A stretch of DNA of 64,000 nt from Botryllus schlosseri (lineage: Eukaryota). The notes below the pieces were generated by a model. The model saw only the letters and a list, made by a program, of their open reading frames with translations, ran no database searches and had not been told where the DNA came from. Shown in pieces: positions 39,090 through 50,200 of this stretch. Position 1 is the first letter of the stretch. Each line of letters opens with the position of its first letter. Location: assembly GCA_051294905.1 (NCBI GenBank), contig CM119371.1, positions 5,830,001 to 5,894,000 of the forward strand. Direction: 5' to 3'. Both the position numbers and the translations under genes were made by a program.

Positions 39090-39890
39090 TATTAATGAGA
39101 AAACAAATGACCTAACCGTTTACATCGCTAGTCAGCCTGTTTCCAACACAGATAATGACAAATATCTCGGGGTTTTATTGGACTTGGACATTTCCTGGAA
39201 GAGTCATATTCAGTCCCTACCCTAAATTATCACCAAAGTGCGGCCTGTTCTACAGCCTTGGACGCTTCATGCCAGCCTGAGTTCTTCTGATACTCTTTAA
39301 ATCACTAATCCAATCGAAGTTACAATATGGCATCCTTTGTTGGGGGGCTGGCAATAAAACTGCACTCGAGCCACTGCAAAAACTATAACATAAGGTACTC
39401 CGAATCATAGCTAGAGCCCCATAGAAGCCTGTTGGTCCATCCAACACAACGCTGCTGAAGAGATTCGGTGTCCCAAACATAGAAGATATGCAAAAACTAG
39501 AAATCGCGTAGTTTATGTATCAGTTCCACTGCGGTCGTTGTCCCGAATATTTCAATGACTTTTTTACCTCGGAATCAAAAGCGCACAAGTACAACACACG
39601 CGCGTCCACGTCGTCCAAATATCACATGATCGACCGAAAAGATCATCGCTCCGTCAAATATGCCGGACCTGATGTGTGGAACAGTATTCCGCCAGCTATC
39701 CGACAGTCGACGAGCATGTCCACATTCAAGTCGAAATACAAGCAATTACTACTAAATGAATACTAGTCCATCCCCAAGCTTACCGGACCACGACTGATCT
39801 ATCGATCTCGCCTTCCATGACATGCCACCCCATTTTTGTCGCTTGCTTTTTTCTATACTATCTTCTCTATTTTCATTCAGTGTGCATGCA
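39090..39890 (+). mobile_element. CR1/L2-group LINE 3' fragment (left arm)
   Basis: KYLGVLLD..ISWKSHI...LQYGILCWG...HKYNTR...VKYAGPDVWNSIPPAIRQSTSMSTFK. Confidence 0.88.
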
Positions 39891-40285
39891 TGCATTGTTG
39901 TATTTGTATTTCTTCAATAACATATTATTTCTTCTGTGGTAATTTTGCCCGTCGCCCATGTTAGCACAGCGTTGTACTGATGTAGAGTTATCCAAACGCA
40001 GTTAATAAACTGCGTTGCCGAGGCCCCAGCGTTGCCTATTTTTATCTCCCGCGGCCTCTAGGAATTTTGAAAAGTGGCCCGCGACCCATTTTGAGTTGGC
40101 GACCCCCTAGGTCACCCTTACTCCCGTCGTTAACTTCCGTCGTTAGCCCGCACCTATGTTGAATTTCCTTACCTTGACATTCAGAGCACTATCGGTAGAG
40201 TTTCTGCTGAAAAATAAAACTCTGAATGTCAAAGTTGAGAAATTTTGCAACGGACGGATAAACGACAGGAGCAATGGGTAGCTAT

Positions 40286-41540
40286 TCTCATCATAATCAT
40301 TGGTTTATTAGCAATTTTATCAGTTCAATACACCACAGAAATGCGATACAATGAAAGATAGGAAGTTGTCGAAGCGACTTGGAGTAGTCTATGGAATCGG
40401 ACACCCACCTTGGCCTATAGGCGATGGAAAGAGGAGGCATGCACATCATCATCATCATCATTGGTTTATTAGCAATTTTATCAGCTCAATACACCACAGA
40501 CATGCGATACAATGAAAGATAGGAAGGTGGCGAAGCGACTTGGAATAGTCTATGAAATCGGACACCCACCTTGGCCTATAGGCGATGGAAAGAGGAGGCA
40601 TGCACATCATCATCATCATCATTGGTTTATTAGCAATTTTATCAGCTCAATACACCACAGACATGCGATACAATGAAAGATAGGAAGGTGGCGAAGCGAC
40701 TTGGAATAGTCTATGAAATCGGACACCCACCTTGGCCTAGGCGATGTAAAGAGGAAGCATGCACATTGAATGAAAAGTAAAGAAGATAGTATAGAAAAAA
40801 GCAAGCGACAAAAATGGGGTGGCATGTCATGGAAGGTCAGTCGTGGTCCGGTAAGCTTGGGGATGGACTAGTATTCATTTAGCAGTAATTGCTTGTATTT
40901 CGACTTGAATGTGGACATGCTCGTCGACTGTCGGATAGCCGGCGGGATACTGTTCCACACATCAGATCCGGCATATTTGACGGAGCGATGATCTTTTCGG
41001 TTGATCATATGATATTTGGACGACGTGGACGCGCGTGTGTTGTACTTGTTCGCTTTTGATTCCGAGGTAAAAAGTCATTGAAATATTCGGGGCAACGACC
41101 GCAGTGGAACTTGGCGATTTCTAGTTTTCACATATCTTCTATGTTTAGGACACTGAATCTCTTCAGCAGCGACTTGTTGGATGGACCAACAGGCCCCTGT
41201 GGGGCTCTAGCTATGATACGGAGTACCTTATGTTATAGTTTTTGCAGTGGCTCCAGTGCAGTTTTATTGCCAGCCCCCCAACAAAGGATGCCATATTGTA
41301 ACTTCGATTGGATTAAGGATTTAAAGAGTATCAGAAGAACCCAGGCTGGCATGAAGCGTCCAAGGCCGTAGAACAGGCCGCATTTCGGTGATAATTTAGT
41401 GTCTAGGGACTTAATATGACTCTTCCAGGACATGTCCGAGTCCAATAAAACCCCGAGATATTTGTCATTATCTGTGTTGGAAACGGGCTGACCAGCGATG
41501 TTAACGGTTAGGTTATTTTTTTAAATTTCTCATTAATATA
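40286..41540 (-). mobile_element. CR1/L2-group LINE 3' fragment (right arm) with three tandem 161-bp 3' ends and (TGA)n tails
   Basis: Reverse complement of the left copy. ATTGGTTTATT recurs at 40299, 40460 and 40621. A single 3' end of the same family lies at ~47245-47380. Confidence 0.88.
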
Positions 41541-41664
41541 TACCCAAGGAACAGCTCTTGGTTTCAAATAGGTTGTTGGAAATTGACATATAGTCTTCAG
41601 GGGTAATGATGAATATATGTTGAGCTTAACAAGGTGTGTTGAGTCAAAAAAGAATGGGAACCAT

Positions 41665-42783
41665 CAGGGGCGTAGCCAGCCGAGATAAAAAGGGGGTAGA
41701 ACTGAATAAAGGGGGCAGAATGAGCCTCTATGCGTCATACCTTTAGCGATAGCGACTTCCGTACGCTTTTGAAAGAGTAACTAATTGGCGGATCTAATTA
41801 CTGAAAGCGAGTTAAGCAATCAACAGCTTGCACGGGGATCGTGTTAGCAATCAACAACTTGCACTGGTATCATGTTACGATGCGCACGCGCTCATCCCGT
41901 GACAGTGCAGGAGATCTTATTTGTATTCAAATAAGTAATCGACCTTGAAACAATCCCAGAACAACATTTCACGACGAACAATCTATACAGCGCAGAATCT
42001 GTTATATCTTCATGAATTTTGACATGATTCAATCCGCGTGTAAGAGTAACGTCTTCTCGGCGTTTCAATTCCATTCATTTCGACATGGCGCGTATACTAA
42101 TTGTACCGGCGTGTGAATAATGACTTATTCGCAAAGCGAGGGAATCTCAAACAAGTTTCGGCGCGGCTATTGAAGGCTGAATGCGTCCCGGTGGGATACC
42201 GATCACGAAAGGTATAATCTAGTATGACGTATAGATGGTCATTGAGGTCAAGACAATGCACAACATTGGCGTCAAAAATAAAATGTGAATCGAATGTATG
42301 GTGTCTTCACGCTGTTTTGGGGAACAGGCTTGAGTTCGGCGAAGCACGACTCAGATGCGATTGCATTAAAACATGATTTCATTCAGTTATAAGTTGTTAT
42401 TTTCATGTTATTAATGTTCGTTATCGCTTACGATGAACTGTTAATGAGAAAGCAACGCGTGAACGACGCGACAAATGTTATTATTGCGCGACGACTGCAC
42501 TCAGAATGAAGGGATTACGCTGATCGCTAACCCTCGCCAAGAGAAAAATGTAACAATGCCCCTTTCACGCTCGCATAGACGCGCTTCCATAGACGAGAGA
42601 TTGGCGAGAAAAAGGCATGTAATCAGCGTCGGCAATCGGCGTCGCCTGTAGTAAATTGAAATTAGGCGATAACGTGAAGAAATGTTGTTATAGCAGTAGC
42701 GTTTACTTGGGATTTTCGGGATAGAATCGAGCCTGGAAGGGGGTAGAACGTTCTTCAATTCTACCCCCCTGTCTACGCCCCTG
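41665..42783. mobile_element. hAT (Tip100-like) non-autonomous element
   Basis: CAGGGGCGTAG / CTACGCCCCTG; 8-bp TSD GGAACCAT. It is absent from the opposite arm (~38985). Confidence 0.92.
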
Positions 42784-45700
42784 GGAACCATCGGTTTACC
42801 GCATTCCAAACTTAAGCATATCCATGTACAAATGCAGTGTACTCTTGAGATGGCGATTTCCCCACCTTACAGTCAAAAAACCAAAATGAAAAAGCTATGG
42901 AAAATTGTCTTTGTAACCAGCTTTCATATGATACCCTACTCGCTGGAATATACTTATAAGGTTTTGCTCAATTCGCATTCTAAATTGTGTAACGCTTGGC
43001 CGATTTCAGACCATCGACCAAGTTTCGCCTCAATTTAACCTTTAACACTACACCGCATGGCATTCAATACCACATGAGAATATAGACCAATATACTAGCT
43101 ACTCAGAAAACCCACTGCCAAATCTCAACTGTAATCCAACATCTGTTTACACCTTTTTGAATTTTACATTGATAAACCTGAATGCTGCAGAGCTAAAATG
43201 AGCAGAAAATCTTCAATTTTTCAAAATGACATAACTTTTGACCCCGGGGATCAATTTTCCTCAAATAAACTTTATTGTGTTCGAAATTAACTCATCTATG
43301 CATGTACCAAATTTCAGAAGATTTGGGAATGTGGTGGGTCCAACTTTTGTTGTCCAGGTTGGGAATGGCCCTAAAAATACTAATGACAGATCCCAATTCG
43401 TCAGAATAAATGCTGAATTTCAACAAAAATGTGCGTATATATAGTTTTTTAGCCATAACTCATTTTGTGTTCACAATAGAGAAAACTTTCTTCAGAGACA
43501 GATAGAAACATGATGCTTCCGCAGATTTTGAGCTATATATCATGACTCTACGACCAGCGGTTGCCGAGATGGGCCATTTTACCCCCCCACGCGCAGAAAT
43601 TGGGGGGTTGCCGGCTGGAAAATGGGGGCAACACCCTGAAGTCACTTTTAATTGAAGTTTTAGGTCATTTGTCAGGATTGAGGAAGGCCTTTTTTGATTT
43701 GAAAAAAAAAGTCATTTTCACTCCACCCTACTACTTGAGTACTTCGAAAAAGTAGAAGTACTTCGTTACTGACCACCTTTGGTCGGACTTCACCGTCTTC
43801 AAGCTCTCGAGGCTAAACAACGGGCAGTGAATGCAGAATCGGAATGAGACGGAAAGAGGATCTTACGATTTGGTGCGGACATCTTTGATTTTTGCGCTGA
43901 TCTTGCTGTTCTCCGACTGTAGTCTCTCTATCTCTTGATCTTTTTCCGCCAACAGGGTGGATTGATCATTTATTTGTGTCTGTACACACAGAGAAATTTT
44001 CAATCATGGCTATAGATTTTGGTGCTTGATAGAGCCAGAGCCTACCGCATGAGTACTGTAAATTTTCTCAGCTCACCGAACGTTGTGTTGGAGGCAACAT
44101 GTTAGGCTACCACAGTATGTGAAATTGAAATTAATCGATAGTAAATATATCTAATCTAAGCTAAAGCAGCAATGTAAAGAACTAGACTGATATATAGAGT
44201 TAATGTCTGCCTTTGAATGGTTGATATTACCAACCGCAACCAATTAAGCTCATATCATGTATATTGTCCATTAGTTGCTGTGTTTGCTGCTCACTCCTAT
44301 GAAATTAGACGAAAAAGGGTAATTGGATGACCAATCTGCCAATAAAATCAAAATGCTGAAACGGATACTAGGCTACTTGCAGGCCAGGTTTACTTTAGAT
44401 AGAATAAGTACATACCGTCAACTCTGTCTCTATCTTTTCTTTGGCTATTCGCGTTTCTTCCATTTCATTCTTCAGAACATCCATGGTACGTGTTAGGTTG
44501 GTTTCCTGGAATAGAAATACCATAGGATTCAAGATAAAATATGTTGAAATCAACGACGGATTGTGATGTCACCTTCTCTGATGCAATGGACCAACGTGAA
44601 ACTAAAAAAGCAATGTGTTCGTTGCTTTTCTTTTGCATATCATCCATGGCGATTGACAGTTCCTAAAAACAAATCCGACCAGATCTGACAAAATCGAGAA
44701 GTTCCTGAAACAAGTCAATTTCACTTTTTCTGCCGCTACCGCCAAACGAGCCATTAACGATGAGATGTTTTCATTCAACCCCGAGACTGCATTCTCCATT
44801 TCAGCCTTCAAGCCTTCAATGCTCATAGCCTGTGATTGTTTTTTTAAAGTTAGTATGTAATGACATCACGTACAGCAACAGTGAAATCCGGGTGCAAATC
44901 ATTAACATTTCGCTTCAGGTGGATCTCCGCTAATAGCCTATATTCCAATTTATAACTGATAATTGCTACACTCACAGTATAACACAAGATTATATTCTTG
45001 GTCCCATTTAATAACACATGGACATTGGACATATAGTAACCCTTATATAACACGTATTGGTCATGGGTCAAGCTAGCAGCATGGTAGGGCATGGGCCTAG
45101 CATGGTAAACCAGTTGAACATAGTATTCGAGGTTCGAGCATCACGCAAATCAAACTGAACAACAGATGATAATCTTTGTGATGTGCATGTGACTACCATT
45201 ACAATAGAGGCGGCGGTAAACGACGTTGCGAAAAGCAGTACTGCTAAATTCAAGTGGATCTGGTACTACTCACGTCTTGACGAACAGCAGTGAGCTCCTT
45301 TTGCACCATGGAGCTGTAGTCACAGTATGCCATTATCGTGATTCCAGTGCAAGAAAAGGCAAATATCAACAACAAAACGCAGAATAGCGCTAGAGGCCAG
45401 CCGTTAGATGACAACACTATATTACCCACAATTACGTCACAATGATAACAACAACATCAGATGATTGAGTGCATCACCTGGCGGACTGATACGAGTATGG
45501 ATCCCAAATGGCAATGGACTTTCTCAGAACAGTTTCCATCCTTAGCTTGATTATCCAAGCGGTTATTCAAATCGTTAAGATTTTTGAGAGCACTCGGAAA
45601 GAAAAATCTACACTGCTGGGATATCCAACAACGTAGATCTTATAGGTATTTGTGAAGAGCTGCTAAACCATAGCCGAGGTAAATTGTAAATTGCTATGGT

Positions 45701-46760
45701 ATAGGTATTAGAGATGTACAGGATCAGGATTTTGGATTCTAACAGGTCAGGAATCCGGGTGATTTTTTGGCAACAGGATTGGATCCGGATTCCAAATTTT
45801 ACTGTTTTGCCGGATCCGGATGAGGACAGGATTTGTATTTTGACGAAAACATGATCAGAATCTTGTCGAACATGCTTTGATTCAGAAAAGGTAGAACTTA
45901 TCTTCTCGGAGTTTATAAATTATATTTCTTAGAAGTAGAAGTCTGATAATATATATTTTCCGTGTAGGAAATTTCAGCGGCAGAAACGTCTTGAGCTGCT
46001 CTTTCGTCATTTCTTGATGTTGGTTGATAATATCATTTGAGGTTCTTGTCTAATTCAGAACGTCAGAGTTTTTAGAATTGATAGCTCAAAATGGGCTGAC
46101 GAAAACACCGCCACAAGGACTAAAAGTGATGCTTGGAGACAGTTCCTATACTTGGTATGCAAGCGAGATAGGAAATATGCTGGCTATGATTTGTGCTTGC
46201 TGCCAGTATCCTGTCAAAGTTCAACTGATGAGCTCGAAGACTATATTAAGAGTCCTTTGAGTGACTCAGATATTGGAGATGGCATCGGCTTAGATGAATC
46301 GGCTTGACGAATCCCAATACAATTGCTAGTTAGTAAAATGAATATTAGTATTCCTGCATCAAGTGCATCCATCAGGGTAAAGGGGGTTCAGTTTATGTTG
46401 AAATACTATTGAGAAAAAAATAACCTTGCTTACAGCTTAGATGCTTTAGTTGTAGTTGAAAGTTCTGGTGAAAGTTCTGGTGAAAGTTCTGGTGCTCATC
46501 TCTGATTTTTATGGGACTGGTCTATTGCGGTGAAGTTGTATCCGACTAGAGTAAAAAATTGCGTGTTGTTCAGTAGTTTGCTTTCCCCCTCCATCTATCT
46601 GTCAAGTAGTTTGTACAAGTCTGGAACAGATGACTGCGGGGACCGGCGTGTGTTACAGAGTACTTATGCGCTTTAAACTCTGAAGTTAAGAACTCGTATT
46701 ATGTGAAGCAGCGACCGCATGGGACTGATATACCAACTTCTTTATAAGGTTCCTCTAAAT

Positions 46761-47230
46761 CAAGGGCGGGCAACGTACGGCCCGCGTGCCGGATCCTGCC
46801 TGCCACGGGATTTTGAGCGGCCCGCAGAGAGTTTGTGCCCTGAAAGTGAAATCCTAATTTGAAAGTATTGACAAACTTTATTCGTCACAGAATAAATCTA
46901 AGCTTGCCAACCGGAGAAATATGGTCATTGGTCACGAAACTACTTGTTTTGTTCGGATCTACATACATTTGCGAGCAGACATTTTCGACCATAAACATTA
47001 ACAAGACGCAAGGCTGCTTTCTAATGTAAATATACCAGATGTTAACGTTCAGTCTTTACTACTGATTTATACGCTCGACATGCAGCCAGAGTTCAAAGAA
47101 GTTATTGTTGACGACTTTGATCGACCACAGATTTCTGATTGACCTCAACACCGATTGAAGTACACTAGGTTAATAAATCCATTCATTGCTGTTATTGGTC
47201 CCTAATGCTTTAAACATAACGTTTACATCA
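46761..47230 (+). mobile_element. hAT Charlie/SPIN-type remnant
   Basis: CAAGGGCGGGCAACGTACGGCCCGCG end and the motif LFGSTYICEQTFSTININKT. Confidence 0.75.
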
Positions 47231-50200
47231 AATACGATTTATTGCGTCGCCTAGGCCAAGGTGGGTGTCAGATTCCATAGACAACCTAGTCGCTTCGACA
47301 TCTTCCTTTCTTTCATTGTATCGCATTTTTTGTGGTGTATTGAACTGATAAAATTGCTAATAAACCAATGATGATGATGCGTGTATAGGTGGATATGCGA
47401 ATAATGCCGTAAAATGATCCAGGAATCACCGCCTTCTCGAAATCTTCATGAAAGTTTAAAATTTATTGCTCACCCGGTGGGCCGAAAGACACATAAGCTG
47501 GTAACACAAATAATTGAATGTTCCAAAGATTCTTCCTCTCTATTATAATTTAAACTATAGCAAACTGTAGAAGAATGTACATATACAATGTTCTTTTCAA
47601 TTCCCTACTAGTTGTTGACGATTACCCCTGACGAGTGTCAGCCGGAAAAATTCAGGTTATTTCTATACTATTGTAGTAGTCAATTGCACATGGAAGCTCT
47701 GCGCCTCCAAGATTGTCATCTTAAATATTTTGAATGTTCACCCAATTTAGCCAGCGAATAAAATTGCTTCGGTCACACTGGTTACTGACGATTATCTCCA
47801 AATTATTCAGGTTTATTTCAATTGTCTACTGAAGTTCTGTACCCCAAGAGTGTGTTCAGTTGATTTGTGAGGTCCGTATGATAAACATTATGGTTGCCAT
47901 TGTAAGTTTAAATATATATTATTTACCACGTTTTTTTTTAAATCTATTTTAGTGAAGGGAATTGAAGATATTGCATTTCAAGTTTTTTTTTAATTTTCCG
48001 CAGGTTACCATTCGAAACGATCACGACTCCATCGGCGAAACAAAAACTGTCGACATCAGGTCCGGTCAGGTCGATCACATCGATCAGGTCAGGTCAGGTC
48101 TCGTGGGGATCAGTGTTGAAATGACATCTAGCGTGCCAGCCGCCGGGGACGCATTGCAGGTACGTCTTTATTAGAGTTGTTCAAGAATACCTTTCTTTTG
48201 CAAATTTACTGAGTAATATAAAAAATGGCTCGATTCCAACCTGTGTTGGAGAAGTGTAGCTATAAGACTAGAAAATTTTAGATTTACTTTAAATATTAAA
48301 AAGAAAATATCAAATTTACTGGCTACCCCATAAAATTGTTTGTTTGTTTAAAAAAAAAACGATGCATAGCAAATTTTGCCCTATTCCAACCCGTAGCTGC
48401 GAGGTTAGTGGAAAAAAATAGTGTTTGCAGCAGAAATTCTTTCATTATTAATATTCTATGAGTTGGAATTTTTAAATTAGTTTTGGAGCCAACCTTACAA
48501 TTATATTGAGTAGTCAGTAAAATTTGAAAAAACTATTTTTGAACTGTCCTAGTCTTCAATTATCTCTAATTCAACTTGATATCTAACTGGCAAATGTTAT
48601 ATTTTACAGTTCCAAGTTACTGGTAACCCTTCGACTTACGGGGCATCGTTTCTGTACGACTGGGGCGATGGTACAAATGACCCCGCTAGTGACCAGGCCT
48701 CTGTCACCCATACCTTTGCGTCTGCCGGGACATACACCGTCAACGTGACTGCCGATAATGAAATCAATGTTGTCTCCAACTCTACCACCATCACGGTCTA
48801 TGAGAGAATTACTGGTGAGTATTGTAAGCATTTTACAGTCGAATAATATATTGTTATTGAAATGGACACAAATATTTTCGGCTGACACTCATCAGGGGTA
48901 ATCGTCGGCAAGTAGTAGAGAATTGGAAAGAACATCATATGTTTGTATATCAGCAATCGTATAACCAAATATGCCGTCGTCAGTTTCGAGGTGTCAAAAT
49001 CGTCTCACTGCAGGCCTTTTTAATCCCAATGGTTACGTTGCTAGATAATGTGCATTTCGCAATCCTGTTACAGACCTTATGTTCGAATTCTCAGCAACTT
49101 CATTTGTTGGTCGTATTTTTAATCACGTAGAGTAGAAACTGTTGCAGTTAAAGAACTTCAATATAAAGTTGAATAATATTTTCATGTTGAAATAAACCTG
49201 TAGATTTTCTAGTAAAATTTAAAAACAAATTTTACAGACCCTTGAAACCTCAATTTAATGAGAAGTTTTCTACTGCATCTTTGGTACTACACACGTTATA
49301 CATGGCTCTATTAAAGTTTCTGCAAGGCGTAGTGATGTTAAAAACCTTCAACTTAATTTTGATTTTTCGTTCTTATTAAATTTGATGTTACATTTCTAAT
49401 ATTAATTCACAAGCGTCAGAATTCTTGCATTTTTAGTATAATATTCGGGTCAGCGTAATGTGTATAGGACCGACAGTTGAGAACCTATGCTTCAAATCAA
49501 GGCATGTCATTGGGTTGGGTTAAAAGAGTGGCTGAATAAACAAGTTATCAGAAATGTATTTCATTTTAAAGAATGATTAATCAATCCTTGTATAATTCAA
49601 TATCGAATAAATATTGTCTTCCTCAGGATTGACATTGATATCAGATGAACCGACTGAATTGGGCCTTCCCACAACGATCACCAGGAGCATTGCCACCAGC
49701 TGGCAAGATGCTGTTTTCACGTTTGATTTTGACGACGGAAGCATACCTATCGTAGTGAACAGCACAAACTTGAACCAGGCGGTGACTTACGCCAGTGTTG
49801 GTAGATATAGCGTCTCTGTGACGGCATCCAACATGATTAGCTCCCAGCAAGAATTTCTTGAGGTAAACTTCGTTAACTTTAAGTATATTATTTTATAATT
49901 CATGCAATTCAACCCTTTCAAGGTCCATGTGTTTGAAATCAATATTGAGACCGTCAACACCACAATCGATTGTTATGAAACAAATACCAACGCGACAATG
50001 CAAGCATTCATGAATACTGATACGTAAGTCAATGTTGTTAACGCTACAGCGTTGTAGTCAAATACTTAATTCATAAAGTAACTGATTCATCTTGGGAAAT
50101 GCGTTTATATGTTTGTGGATATTCATGTTCAGGTCATTGCTATACGACTTTGTGTGGACATTCGAAGACGGATGCTCTGATACGGTAGAATCCGATAATG

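Larger units (their letters stand above)
38384..43371. mobile_element. Foldback element with GGGCC termini and ~1.5-kb arms, each containing a LINE 3' fragment
   Basis: GGGCCATTCCCAACCTGGACAAC / GTTGTCCAGGTTGGGAATGGCCC, flanked by TAAA on both sides. Arms are 38384-39890 and 40757-43371, the latter interrupted by 41665-42783. Confidence 0.85.
36401..43730. mobile_element. Palindromic hATm-like derivative made of two 3' ends, with nested insertions
   Basis: TAGGGTGGAGTGAAAATGAC / GTCATTTTCACTCCACCCTA; TSD CTACTTGA at 36393-36400 and 43731-43738. Transposase remnant at 37320-38258 (HSRWLT, AHPENIMIAML, HPCHNQTVERHVKLVTEAS...RRDG). Segment 36401-37311 is the inverse of 37860-38380 plus 43372-43730. 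Confidence 0.9.
35129..43781. mobile_element. AGTAGA-rich hAT-like MITE ends hosting the nested insertions
   Basis: CAGAGGTGGTCA at 35129 and TGACCACCTTTG ending at 43781, with AGTAGAAGTA subterminal repeats. No matching TSD was found, so the pairing is uncertain. Confidence 0.5.
19250..45345 (-). pseudogene. Multi-exon coiled-coil protein gene, apparently disabled
   Basis: Minus-strand AG/GT-bounded exons rich in E/K/Q/L at about 45274-45345, 44725-44829, 44572-44662, 44416-44506, 43867-43981, 30920-30990, 29574-29735, 29305-29510, 21017-21186, 20684-20871, 19778-19857 and 19250-19394. There is an in-frame TAG in the 21.1-kb exon and frameshifts in the 44.4-, 20.8- and 19.3-kb exons. That all exons belong to one gene is inferred. 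Confidence 0.65.

Noticed and set aside
45490..45680. First exon of the PKD1-like gene
   Set aside because: It has a donor site but contains stops and no convincing signal peptide or domain, so it cannot be linked.
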